From: Alloascoidea hylecoeti
Taxonomy: Eukaryota
DNA: 64,000 bases
Assembly (NCBI GenBank): GCA_001600815.1
Contig: BCKZ01000026.1
Coordinates: 1-64,000 of the forward strand
Direction of reading: 5' to 3'
Both the position numbers and the translations under genes were made by a program. Shown here piece by piece: positions 24,868-38,545 of the stretch; positions within the stretch are counted from its first letter, which is position 1; every line of letters starts with the position of its first letter. The notes below the pieces were generated by a model. That model was not told the origin of the DNA. It worked only from the letters and a program-made list of their open reading frames with translations, and did no database searches.

Positions 24868-27800
24868 ATGGTAAGAAACGCTTTCAACAAACCTCCTTTT
24901 ATATTTTTGCTAACTTCATGGGAGGTCAGTCTTTTTTTTCTGCTTTAAATGTCACAGCAGCTAGGACAGACTTCGACGCAGAGGAACACACAAGAGAACT
25001 TCAAGTATGAGGAGTATATTGTCATAGGTAAAAACAACGAACTAACTTGAACCCACTAAATTATAAAGATCGAAGATGCGTTTAAAGTGTTCCAGAAAGC
25101 ACTGCAATTCCAAAAAGAAGGTGACTTGAAGGCTTCAAAACAAGAATATGAAGCTCTTTTTAAAATCGATGTAGTCACAAAAGATAAAAAGGTATGAAAA
25201 ACAATAATTAAGCACATCTATTGTTTATTCAATTTAATCTAATCAAAATTCAGGGCTCAACACCATCTCCTGCCGTTGAATGGCTTCGATATTTAGCATA
25301 CAGAAACCGTGGTATGCTTAAATTTCAAAGCCTAAAGAGTATTAAACCAACAGAAGATAATGATGAATTGTTCGAAGAATTTGATGCCAGTTTAGATGAT
25401 TTTTTTGAGGTATGTTTATTTGATACTATCGTGGAATTATTGGATTAGCACTGAAACGTCTTTCTTTAGGCTCTGGATCATGGTGATGGGGATCCTTTCC
25501 TACTTACACTTTTATACGACATTTTTGAAATATTTAATAGTAAACGATTGTGCAGATTATCTTTGGAGTTGATAATATCCCAGGATCCTATGATTGAAGA
25601 TCAGATTATCGAAGGAACATCAATGTCTCCTACTACAGCAGCCACAGTGATAAAACTAAACAAGTTATTAAAATCTATGTTCGATAAGGAGATTCTAAGT
25701 TCTAACAATGAAGAAATTGGTTACAATATTGATCCGACTTTTCTTAAAAACTTTGCCAGAAGTAATGACTTATCATTTTTAAACCCTTTAAAACAGGAAC
25801 TTGAACTCCTCAATAAAGAAGCTTCGGACCTAGAAATTTTTGATATGAATATCGAAACTCTGAATTGGAATACTTTAGGTAAAGCAATTCAATCGAAATT
25901 ACCAACGTTAACCAACAGAGCGAGAGGGAAAGGTTATTATGATCCTTATCAAATGGTTGAAAGGCCGATGATAAAAATAAAAATCGATATACCACCTGTG
26001 GAAGAAAAACCATCAACAGACACAATGGAAAATACACCAAATCCTGAAGATGGAAACAATACCAATGGTAATTCTAAACGACCTGCACATGATGAATCTA
26101 GACAACGTGCCCGAAAACGAATGAGAGCGAGAGAAAGTGAAGTTAATAAACAATTAAATATAAAAGATTTTATTACCAAAAATGCATTTTTGGAACAAAT
26201 TAATTCATTTTTATCTTTAATTGATAATCATTTTGAAGATGTTATACCATGGTTTATTGGAAATAAAATGCCTGAAATTGGATATCCTGATGTCCATTTT
26301 CAATTTGTAAATGATTTTAAGCACATTTTACAAATATGGGATGATGAGCATAGTGAAGTTTTTAATAAATCAAGTTCTTGGTTTAATGGTCAATCAAAAC
26401 CTTTAATGGGATTATTAAATTCTGTTTCCATGGCTGATACAAAAAATAATAACAAATCATCAACTCAAGCAAATTGGATGATTACTAGTTTTATAAATCA
26501 AGTTAATGATCAGTCATTACATTTATATGAAATAAGACTTTTATTCCTTGAATATTTGGTAACAAATAAAAATGAACATTGTTCATTAATAGAGGATGAA
26601 TGGTCTCAAGAATTGATAGATTTAGTAAAACAATTTTTTAATGTTTCAGAACCTCACTTATTTAATCGTTGTAAAAACATTTTAATTCAAGATAACAACA
26701 TATCAAGTTATTTGAAAGGTTTGGAAATGTCGGAGTCATATTTCGAATTATCTTTAGATTCTTATTTAGGTTATCTTAATGATAATACAGCAAATAATTT
26801 TTCCTCGTTATCAAAATCTGCACAAAATGAATTAAATAGTAAAAAAATGTTTACTTATTCTCAGGTTAATCGTTGGAGAATTCAAGCGAATGACTATTTA
26901 TCAACTTTAAGAAATGAAATCAAAAATAACGATAATGATTCTTCGATTATTTCTAAATTAGAATTAAGAAATAAGTGGTGTGGTATCATATTTGATCAAT
27001 TTGAACAGAGTACTTCACAAGAATCAATCACTTCATCTTTACAAGATTTAAAAGAATCATTAGATATTGATATTAAAAACTCTTCTGGAACAATTGAAAT
27101 CCCCTTTTTAAATTTTAAAAATATTCCAAGACTTGACATAAATGGTGTTGATAATCAAATATCAAAAATGAAAGCTGTTAATATTTTTTCAAAAGTACTT
27201 GGGAAAATTAATAATTTAGAAAATGGAGAAATAAATGAAAAAATCTTAATATTAGAAAATATATTAAATCCACCACCTTCAAAAAATAATAAACCTTTAC
27301 CACAAGAACATGAAGCAATTATTCAATTTATTAATACTTCAAATATGGATTTTAAAATAAATTTATGTCAGACATTATTAAATTGTTATAAATCAATCAA
27401 CGATGATAATCGAAGCCTTATTGGAGCCTTAATTATCCTTAAATTTTTGAATGGTACTTATACCTCTTCTTCATATGAAGCACAATCGGGTAATCAAAGA
27501 GAATTGTTTATTGTAAGGGTATTACAATTCTATTACGATTTAAGTGAATATATTCTTCATTTAATATTGGAAAATCGTTCCATTCTTTATGATCTAACAA
27601 AAAGTCAAAGAAATTCTGGATTAACGGATATACTTCAAATAAATCGATTGTTATTTGTTTTTGTTTTGTTTGATGATGATTCTCTTGCTAATCTCCTACA
27701 TCCGTCAACTGCTGTAAGCTTTGAATCTTGTAAAAAGAAGATGAAAGATATGGTTGTTCGAACATGGTCTCTAACTTATCTGTTTTTTGAGAGCTCTTTA

Positions 27801-30434
27801 GTGAAACAACAAAGACGACCGGAAATAATCAATGACTTTCTTAGTATCGTTCATGAACATCTTGGATCACAACATTATTGTAGTTTTTCTGATGGGGTGT
27901 TTTTACAATTATCACAAGAAGAACTTATAAATTTAAATTGGAAAGATTCTGAAACTGATATTTTACAAGGTCTTTATTGTCGTTTCAACATTTCTTTATC
28001 TACTGATAAATTTACCCCTTATAATCATCATTCTGAACCAGGTCATTTGGATAGAAAGTCTGTCATACAGTTAACACCTTTTCTGAACAACTTCTCTTTT
28101 TCTCAACGAAAGAAAAAAGCAATGCTTCCACCACAAAAAGCAGATATTAAAGTGGCTTTGGATCAATTTTATGATGTTATTGGCGCCCCACCAGAGAACG
28201 ATGATACCATTATTCGAAATCTAGGTGTAATTGATACTTATCTTGACTCTCTTATAACAACAAGGGGCTTGCGCGAAGCATATTCTGGAGTACTGTCATT
28301 ATCATTTGACCGAACTAATCTAGATTCCCAAGTTGTGGCCGATGAAGGATTGTACTACATTCAAGGTCTAATTGCACTCTCGCTGTTTCGTTCTCGAAAA
28401 AGAACACTTCCCGGTAGAATTGATGAGCTTGAACATGCAATAAAACTTTTTAGATATGATATTGTATATAATACAGGAAGAATCGAGAGTTGGATCGGTT
28501 TAGGTGAAGCATATTCTTACCTTGCAGAAGATGATATGATATGGTCTGCTGAAAAATTTAATTCTGATAGAAAGAAAGGTATTGCAATATACCAAAAGAA
28601 AGCAACCTTGTGTTTTATGATGGCAACTAGTCAACTTATTCAATGCCATGATGAAAAGTCTGATTATTACAAATCACTAGGAAGTATATTATGGCCTGCT
28701 TTTGGGAAAGAACTATATGGTTCAGCTTTAAACCCAATGAATATGCTATGCTATGAACTCAGACCAACTAAATTATTTTGTGGTCCTGAAGGTATCTATG
28801 AAGAAAAGGTCAAGGCAACAGTTAAGAAGAAGACTATTCTTGGACTAATGGTGTTTACCCTGAAGCTTGCTGTGTTGGAGGCGCCACATGATTGGACTAA
28901 TTACTATTATCTTGCTTCATCACTTTACAAAAATGATGGTTCACCACAAAATGTAATACGCTACTTGATTCAATCCATAAATGTATCTGATGAGCGTACT
29001 GGCTCTCACTTGGAAAATATTTTTGAGCCACATTATAAGCTTTGTTCTAAGCTTTATAAGTATGTGAGAAATGGGAAATTGAGTGGTAAACAGGCTCTAG
29101 AGTATCTTGAAAGTTCTAAATATTTTCATAAAGAGTTTTCAGAGTTAGATTCTAGTTATTCTAACGAAGAAATTGAGTCAAAAGCTCGCTTTTATCAGTC
29201 TTGTTTAAAAACGCTCCAGAAAATCAAATCTACAGACAAGAAGAAATGGCAACATCGTCCCTCCTTTCTAATTGCAAAAATATATGATGAGGTATATAAT
29301 GATGTCACATATGCGAAAGAAGAGCTTCTATCATTATTCTCTTTAAAATCAACATCTAAGAATGTTCTTAATATTTGGAAGCCAGATTATGAAAGGCCCG
29401 GAAAACATTTTGTTTATGTTTATGACTACATCAAGTTTTTGGTTGTTCTTTTGAAGAAAACTGATGATCTTTCTCTCCTTCTAACTCTGTTCAAAAAACT
29501 TAGACGATTTCAGACTGGAGTTATTAACCATAATGAGCTTTGGGAGTTTGCGTGTGATGTTGCTTGTGATATGTTTAGAACCAGAGCATTCATTCCAAAT
29601 AATTACACAGATATCGAGCTTCCAAAGCTAGTTTATTCTGAGTTCACTGGGATTTCTGATCGAATAAAAATATGTTATGAGCAAAAGGAATCTGTTTTAG
29701 ATAAAAATGGTTATCTCTCTTTACTCTATGATGTATCCGAATTACGTCGAATAAATAATGGAGTTGGAACCACTGCCAGGTTAGATGATGTCTTTGTGGC
29801 AGTATATCTGAAGTTTTGCAATGCATTTCGTGAAGAAGAAAAGGCATCGGGAATAGTAATTTATGATACTAATACTGTTAATGAGACCAATATACAATCA
29901 ATATCTACGAGTATTGCTTCGCCTATACCTACTGCTACCACGACACCATTGAAGTTTGTCAACTATACAAGTACTGATGCAGCACAAATAACACCTGGAA
30001 AATCGGGGCTCCAAGCATCATTGTTAGGTTCAAATTTGCCTCAAGATCGATTATCACCACATACGCATTCTCCTATAGCGAAAACAAAAGTAGCAAAAAG
30101 AGATATTATACCGAGAGCTATAGCAATTTTAAAATTTGTTTCGCCAACAATTCAAGCAGCTCAGAAAGCTGCTGAATTGGAGAAAACAGAATCGCCGAAA
30201 GTCACATCAACTCCCTCGTTTGGAAATGAAGACATTATTGAAAAAATGGACATTGATACAGAAAAAACAGAGATTGACACAGAAATAGATGTGGATCCAA
30301 AAGATGAAGATGACTCTGTGCTAATCATTGATGAAAGTGATGATGATGTAATAATAGTGGGTATTGAAGATATGAAGACTTCCTTTGGTAGTGTAATAAA
30401 AAATGATCCAGAGGCCCAGACAGATGAAGATTAA
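24868..30434 (+). CDS. HIR3: HIR histone chaperone complex subunit Hir3 (CABIN1-like)
   Basis: Exons 24868-24870 (ATG only), 24930-25004, 25069-25191, 25254-25409, 25470-30434 give MSFFSALN..EEHTRELQIEDAF..; also LRYLAYRNRG, DKKKWQHRP, IWKPDYERPGKHFVY. Confidence 0.92.
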
Positions 30435-30878
30435 GAATTAAAATCAGAGATTTTGCATTTATATATATGAGACAATACCTTTTTTTCTTCTCTATCCCAT
30501 AATTAATAATGCTCATTTATAAATTTTTTGATAGTGGTTTGACACATTAGTTCATCTTTATTTCCTTATTTAACGGAATTATGTATTAATATCTAAAATT
30601 ATGAAAAAATAATACCATATAATAAGTAATAAGTGTATTTAGTATTTACCAACATTACAATTAATTACGTTTGTTAATATTATTGGGCTCTTTTTTTCGA
30701 GAATAATGCTACCAATAGGTGGGAAATTGTAAGAAAAAGATGTTTCAACAAAATAAAATTGAGTAAATAATAACATATACAAATCTTGTTAATGAGCTTT
30801 ACATAACTATATACTAATATAATATACCCAAACATAATCAAAATATTTCATTTTTATGATACTAAAATCAATTCAAAA

Positions 30879-33800
30879 TCACATTAAAAGATAGTTTTTC
30901 CCCTTTCCATCTTTAAATTTACCCTTTCTAACATTTTGAATACCACCTCTTCCTCTAATCCTCTTTAGAGTTTCAGTTTCGGCGGTTTTTCCTAAAGTTT
31001 GTTCTGATGCTGACCTAAAGAATGGCTTACCAGCTGCAGTTACCAATGGCTCAGGAGTTCTTGATTTACTCTTACCAAGATGAAGTCTATTACCTTCAAA
31101 TCCTGATCCAATTGAAGGAGTACCACTATTAGTTCTAGGAATTGATCTTTCAATATCATACCCTAACAATGATTTTGAATGTGGTAAATTCGGCCTTGTT
31201 GCAGATGGAACACCTATCATATCTCTTAAACTTTTATCTTTTTGTTCTATAACCGATTGTAAAAATTCAACATGACCAGTTAATTCTAATATTTTATCTT
31301 CACGAAGTTGAACATAACGTTTTAGATTTGATCTCATTGATGGCATACTTGAATTCAATTCATTTTCATAAAAATCAATTTTATTTAACAATTCTTCACG
31401 TTCTTTATTAAAACTGTCAATAATCTGTTGGTTTTCTTCTAGCAAAATATTTTTCTCAAATCGCAAACTTTCATATTCAGCTTCTCTATCAGATAAGCAA
31501 ACAAACGTATCAGAATCATTTCCTTCTTCGGTGACATGAACACCATGGTCCTCATCATCATTTTCATCTTCTTCATCATCATCATCAACTAATTGTGATG
31601 ACTTTCTTGCTGTAGGTAATTGTGATAATTTTGCTGTAGTAGAATTTAATCGTCCAATAACTTCATTTGCATATTGTAATTGATTTTCTAAAATATTAAT
31701 CTCTGATTCCCTTTTCAATAATTCAGTTAAAATTTTTTCATTTTCAATTTTTTTAAATTCAACAATTGAATCAGTTTCTTCTTGTAAACGTTTTAACTTT
31801 TCATACATAACTTTTGAATCTTTATTCCTTGATAATAATTGAGTTTCATATTTAAGTCGTTCCTTTTTATAAAGTAAATATTCATCTTTTAAACGAGTAT
31901 ATTCAACATCAACTTTAGCCATTTTTGCCTTTAAAGTACGATTTGAAATTAATAAACTATGAATTGATTGAACTTCTCTAGCATCATGAATTCGTTTTTC
32001 TTTTAATTTTCGAAAATTCACTTTATATAATTCTTTGACATAATTTGTAAAATCTAATTCATTTCTCATTAATAACAATTCACGTTGATAAAATGCAATT
32101 CCAGTTTCTTGAATACTTGGTTGTGCTCTTAAAATTGGAGTTGATAACTCAGTTGATCTTTCATTAAAGGATTGGAAACTAGTAGCATTAGATAGTGTGA
32201 TAGGTGGTTGTGGCACTACTAGAGAGTTTTGTTCGGTTGTATTGTCTTCAAGAGCATCTGATAAAGACATTGGCTTATTTATAGGTGATTGAAAAACTTT
32301 TTTAAAACGAGGAGATGAAGTTTCTGTTTTTGAATATAAATGTTTATGTGTTTCTAACATAATATTAATATCTTTCATTGATGGAGAATTATTAAGCTTT
32401 GGTAATCTGCTTGGAGATGAGATCATGTCATTCCTTGCTCTCTGTAATGGAGAGTGTAGGATAGAATTATTAACACTATTAATATTATAAATAGAGGGGC
32501 TTTGTTCTTGATCGATTGAGTTCAATGGTGGTGAAAAGACATCAGCAATATGTACTGTAGAATTAAACGTTTCTCCATTATTTAATTCAGAGCAAAAAGC
32601 TGCAATATCTTGGGGAGATCCCATAGACTCCCATCTTGTTTGATCTTCTCTTTCCTCAACAGAAGTCATAAACAATAAATTAGGATGCATTAAATGTGTT
32701 TGTAATAAAGGTTTTGATTGTGCTCTGATTGTATATTCATCATAATTATCAATGTGTTTCGAATCAATTTTTTCTATTTGTGGAATTGGATCTCTTAAAA
32801 ATTCCATAAAATTCATTGGATATAATCCATAGATAAATGTAAATAATTTATCATATTCAGTTGGAATTCTTTCTTCAGCATTAAATTTATGATTTAAAAC
32901 TTTCCATTTTTTCGTTATTATATTATCATCATCATTATCATTATCATCTTTTGGTTTTGAATCTCTTCTTTTATATTTATCATCAGATAGATCTGAATCA
33001 TTCGCACCATCACTTTCACTACCATCTTCTTCTGTTTGCCAACATACCAATCTTGCATAAACTGTGAATAATTTCGGAAGATATGGTGCTAATTTATTAC
33101 ACACGTGTGGTAATATCATAACTAGAACTGAACAACATACAGAAATAGCAGATGCAGAAATATCTTGTAGTAAACAATTGAATAAATTATCTAATAATGG
33201 TGTATTTGAAATCTCATGAAAATGAATAGATTGCTGAGATACTACAGTAGATAGTAAAACAAGTGTTTCTATTCTAGTTTCAATATCTATAAAAAAATCA
33301 TTTGCAATTTCAAAAAATAGCTATAACATAATTAGTATTATTTTTCCGATGAGATTTAAGTTGATTAAAAAAAACTAAAACATACCTTTGATCGCTTAGA
33401 TCCAAAATCAGTTAAGAGAGTTCTTGCATTCATTTTAATAAACCTTTGACGTTCTTCATAGACTGTTGAATCCTCAACATTTCCTAATAAATTAATTTTC
33501 CTTACAAAAACACTAAAAATATCATTTCCAGTTTCTTTTGCAATATCATATATCAAATCAGTTAATTCCTGATTATTATAAACATTTGGATCTAATAATA
33601 TCATATTAAGGAATTTTATTGAAGCAGTAATTAAGGCATTAAGAATCCCAGCTGAATTTAACGTTAATGTTTTATATCTATCGACCCAAAAGGATATACC
33701 AGATGGACTAATATAACAAGGATATAGACCAATTAAACACTCAATAAAAAATAATTCTTTTGTAGCGTTAGATCCTCCATTTGAATTATCTTTTGGATTT

Positions 33801-34096
33801 ATATTTATATCTAAATTGGGGTTGACTGGGATTGATTTTTGAAAAATGGATATTAATTCTTCATTTAATCTTGAATTTTCCGAAGCAACGTAATCATCAT
33901 GTGCTTGAACATAAGTGTTTATGGTAGATTGAAGTGGTTCAGGTAATGATAGTGATTCTGAAGAGATCTCAAGTTCATCATCAATGAATGTTGATTCCAA
34001 AGTTTTTATCAAGGTTTTGAAGGATCTTGAAGTAATATGTTAGAACGAAGTAAAAATTTATGATTCTTCCAGGAGATACTGTACATACCCAGACAT
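30879..34096 (-). CDS. TSC1: Hamartin / tuberous sclerosis 1 homolog
   Basis: Exons 34096-34089, 34025-33386, 33320-30879 join two ORF-track ORFs. Hamartin motifs TPLLDNLFNCLLQD, MILPH..YLPKLFTVYARLVCW, LFTFIYGLYPMNFMEFLRDP, QRELLLMRNELDF, followed by a long coiled coil. Confidence 0.85.
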
Positions 34097-35128
34097 GTGT
34101 ATTTCAAAAGAGCCAGAATGAGTGACACTTCAAGCACTAAATACCCCGTGGTACTGGAATTAAGGATTATAATAATAATTACTTGATAAAATGGAGGTTA
34201 AGATAAATATTTATACTATGGCTACTTTTTTACTGACAACAAAAAAGGTGGAGATTAACGGGTGTAAAAAATGAAAATTATTCTAAAAGTTATTATTATA
34301 TTACTAGATAATTTTTAAGATCTAAATATCGTCAATTTTTGAAGTTAGCATATCATCATAATTATATATATAATTTGGCGGTTGTCGGATTCGTTCAATG
34401 CGTGTAAGTAATATCAATAGTTCTTTTAAGTATAGACCTATAAGTGTTAACGTTGAAAACTCCAACTACTGGGGTCATGATATAAATGTAGCCCTCAAAA
34501 ACTTTGCGTAGTATAATATCCTGTAATCCATGAGCTGATCCTTCCTCCAAAACACTTGGCATTAGCAAACGTTACGGGAATGGAAAAAAGAGCATAGTTG
34601 AATCAACTGGTAGGAGTTAAAATATAACTTATTGCAAAAGATATTCATCATTTGGTTTAAAACAACTGCCGGCACTCCTAAGAAAATTCCCTCTAGTCAG
34701 CTGTTTGTATATCTCATCTTGTAAAACAGAATGAACCCATTAATATTCTTTGAATTTTTAGATATATCTGGTACCTTCAATTTAGAGATTCCAGCTTGTT
34801 CACTCATCAGGGTCCACTTAGAACAATATTTTACGAATCCGAATAATAAATCATAAGAAAATTTATATACACTCAGATTAGAATCATTATATAGAAATTT
34901 TCAATGGATCTTACCCTTCGACAGTTAGATTAACTTAAATATAGAAAAGGATTAATATAAGGTATTATTAATTATAAAATTAATAATTCGGATGGTTAAA
35001 TACATGTAAAAATTTAATTATAACTCTTAAAGCTTCTAATTAATTTTATATAATTTATCAATACAAATCGTTGAGGCCTTCCACGGCAGTATATGTGTCT
35101 GCTTATTGATTACTCAAATATCTTATAA

Positions 35129-37628
35129 CTATTTGGCAAAATGAAGTTGGACTTGTAGCCATTGTCTTGCAACAACCTGCTCAGTAGTAAGACCCTGATC
35201 ACCGTATGTTAAAGGAGCAAAATATACAAAACAAGATATAGTTCCAATAACTAACACCAGAACGAAAACATTGTAAGGGATACTTGACACGCCACCATTT
35301 AATCTTGTCTCTTCTTGTTTTAAAATCTCAATCTTATCAGCTTTATCATGAGGATCTAATAATCCTGGTCCTCGGTTATCAGTAAATAAAAATTCTACCA
35401 TTCCTCCTGAAAAACAAGCAGCAATTAAATGAGCTGGTAAATAATGATGTAAAAATTTTTGTCTTGACATTAAGAAGAATGGGAAATAATGAGCTGCCCA
35501 ACCAACCAATAAAAATCCTAATGAGTTATACATCCTATTCCTTGAAGCATCACTTAATGTATAAAAAGCTCTTCTTCGTGTTAATTGTTCTGCAACGAAA
35601 ACACCTGCATATATGGCAATTAGAACAACTTCTAACCACCATCCAAAGAAATTACCAACGAAATAAATTTGTGCTCTTGTGTCATTCTTTGTCCAAAATG
35701 AAACACCTTTTAATGTGATTGGCCAACTTGCTGGCTCAGATGCATATGGATGTTCACTTGATAAAGCATTATTCCTTGCAAACATCTGTATTTGTAATTC
35801 CCACCATTTCTTTAAAAATGGTAATGATTTACGTGGTTTTGGTACATAAATTGCCCTTTCACCATTTAAACCAATAATTTGATCAAATGTCCAAATATTA
35901 CTATTATCTTGAATTACTTTATTACCATTGACTTCTTGTTGGTTAAACCCCCATTCAGGCAATAGTTTGGTATTCTGAGTCCATATAGCAACTTTTGTTG
36001 GTACATGAACAAAGCGAAGAAGTGATGCCTTTGTTTCAACCTTTTCGCCTTTCCTACTATCTTGTTGTGGTCTCAATTCAAATAATGTATCATTATATCT
36101 TGTACTATATGCATCTTCAAGGCTAACGGTTGTAACTTCTTCATTTGTTGGATACCATGGAGATGCAACATCATGAGTTAAAAGCATTGTATTTGTACCA
36201 TAATGCTGTAATCTAATAATATCTCCTTCTTTTACTGGCTTGCCTAATTTACTTTCTTCAGGGAAATCAATCTGTGGTAAAATTACCCAATGGTTATTGA
36301 TATCAGGTTGAATATAACCAGTTACCTGTTGACCTTGTGATGATACTCTACCATCATCATAACGTAATGGATATTTATCTGGATGAGAGTGTAAATAAGT
36401 TCCAGTATCTTTATGTTTTATTGTAATGATATCATAATAGTTAACAACTTTTGCTTCTTTTGCCAATGGACTATCACCTAAGGTTTCTTGAAATTCGGGG
36501 GACATAAAAGGATCACCAGGTCCTGATTTTGACAAAATTGCAAAATGACACCAGAACCAAAATAAATAGATAATAAAAGGAAGAATGATTAAAGAAACTC
36601 CACGGGCGATAAAGTGACGGGTTATATCAATCATACTTATACCTTTTTTGATATCAAGCAAATTCCAAAGGTCAACTAATACAGCAACACCAATAGTAGC
36701 AAAGGTGAAAGTACCAACATATTTAGTACTTATAACACAAGAAAGTGAAATGCCTGTAAGAATTAACCATGTCCACCATTTTTTGGAAAATGGCAGCTGT
36801 CGCTGTTTAGAAAATTTCACATAACATAGAATCGATAATGCGACCGATAGAATCAAAGTCGCGTCCAATAAGATCAATCTAGTTTCTGTAACATGGGCAT
36901 TATCTATTCATTATGATAATTGGTGTTAGATTAGGTCTAAGCCTACCAAAAAAAAAAATAGTTTATAGATGGAACATACCAAAAAGAACCAAACAGGACG
37001 CCAAAATACAAGCAGGAATTCCATAATTGCTTTCTTTTAGAATCATAAAAACAGTAGGAACAGTAATTGCACCGAGTGTAGCAGATAAAGATCTGTATGC
37101 AATATATGGAGCTCCAGCTTTATTATAGTCATCACCAATGTTATCAAATTTAAAAGAACCATCATATCCAACTAGCCAGCCTACTAAGGCAATTAACAGT
37201 TTAGCAAAAGGAGGATGAAGATCGAAGAAATATGTCCGTTGAAGATACTATTTTTTTTTTTTTGTTAGAGTTTATGTTAAAGTACACGTTGTTCAGAAGA
37301 AGATGAACATACATAACTAGCAAATTTACCGAAATGAACCTCATCGAACCTGAAAAGAAAGAAATGTCAGTAAATATATCAAACCTCCAGAGTGTTTTAT
37401 AATATAATAAAGAGCTTACACGACTTCATCTGGAGTAGCAATCTTATAAAAACGTGAATAAAAAGCCAAAAGAGTTACAAAAGCTAATGCAACCTTGAAT
37501 TTCCGTTCATGAGCCTTCTGATTGTCTGGTGCAGCACTTTTGAGATGGTGTCCAGCTTTGTTCAACAAAGGAATTGATTTCTTCTTCGTTATTTGAGGAC
37601 TTTTACCTCTTTTTCGCAATCCTGACAT
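35129..37628 (-). CDS. PMT4: Dolichyl-phosphate-mannose:protein O-mannosyltransferase, PMT4 subfamily
   Basis: Exons 37628-37420, 37349-37313, 37247-36980, 36903-35129 rebuild [30 protein letters not shown] and DNAHVTETRLILLD; MIR domains; RQKFLHHYLPAH. Confidence 0.96.
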
Positions 37629-37747
37629 TGTTCCTGAAAATATGTTCGAAGGTTTCGCAAAAAATAGATTTACAGATTTATATATGCTGTCCATAAAACA
37701 TCCGTTCATCTTGCCTTCACAAACACTTTTTTCGTTTTGCGAAATAA

Positions 37748-38545
37748 ATGTCAATTGGCATGTTTTTGGCACGAAGGACTGGTTTTCTAGCCATAAGATC
37801 TCTGAGATCCTCAATCATTGTAAGAGCATATGCTGGTGGGTATGGTGATATTCCAGAAGACATTTTCTTTCCTCCAGGTGTAGCTCCTAAACGATCAAGT
37901 CCATCTACATCTTCACCATCAATTACTCCTTCTAATACTAATAAAAACTCTCTTCCGCTTTCTTTAAATGATGCTCCACCTACTAGAGAACCATCAGAGT
38001 TTGATCAATCCGATCATATCGATTGGTCCAAAAGTTTTCTTGGTTTGGGAAGCTCTCCATTTTCTGAACAAGCAATAAAGGTCTTAAATAGTGAACTTGA
38101 TCCTGAAGAAGTCGAAATAACTCCAGATGGTCTATTGTTTTTACCTGAAATCAAATACCGTCGTATATTAAATAAAGCTTTTGGTCCAGGTGGTTGGGGT
38201 TTGGCCCCAAGAAGTGAAACAATCATAACTGATAAGTCTGTTACTCGAGAATATGCTTTAATATGTGAAGGGAGATTGGTATCAATTGCAAGAGGCGAAC
38301 AAGATTATTTCCAACCACAAGGTATACCAACTGCAACTGAAGGTTGCAAAAGTAATGCAATGATGAGATGTTGTAAAGATTTAGGTATTGCTTCTGAATT
38401 ATGGGATCCTAAATTTATTAGAACTTTCAAAAAAAAATATTGTGAGGAAAAATTCGTTGAACATGTTGTTAATAAGAAGAAGAGAAAATTATGGAAAAGA
38501 AAAGATGCTTCTTGGGAATATCCATATAAAGCTTCTACTTTTTAA
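37748..38545 (+). CDS. MGM101: Mitochondrial genome maintenance protein (Rad52-like)
   Basis: R/S-rich presequence; [60 protein letters not shown]. Confidence 0.96.
   Translation: MSIGMFLARRTGFLAIRSLRSSIIVRAYAGGYGDIPEDIFFPPGVAPKRSSPSTSSPSITPSNTNKNSLPLSLNDAPPTREPSEFDQSDHIDWSKSFLGLGSSPFSEQAIKVLNSELDPEEVEITPDGLLFLPEIKYRRILNKAFGPGGWGLAPRSETIITDKSVTREYALICEGRLVSIARGEQDYFQPQGIPTATEGCKSNAMMRCCKDLGIASELWDPKFIRTFKKKYCEEKFVEHVVNKKKRKLWKRKDASWEYPYKASTF

Noticed and set aside
34472..34540. Possible C/D box snoRNA (ATGATA..CTGA)
   Set aside because: Imperfect C box and no recognisable rRNA-complementary guide.
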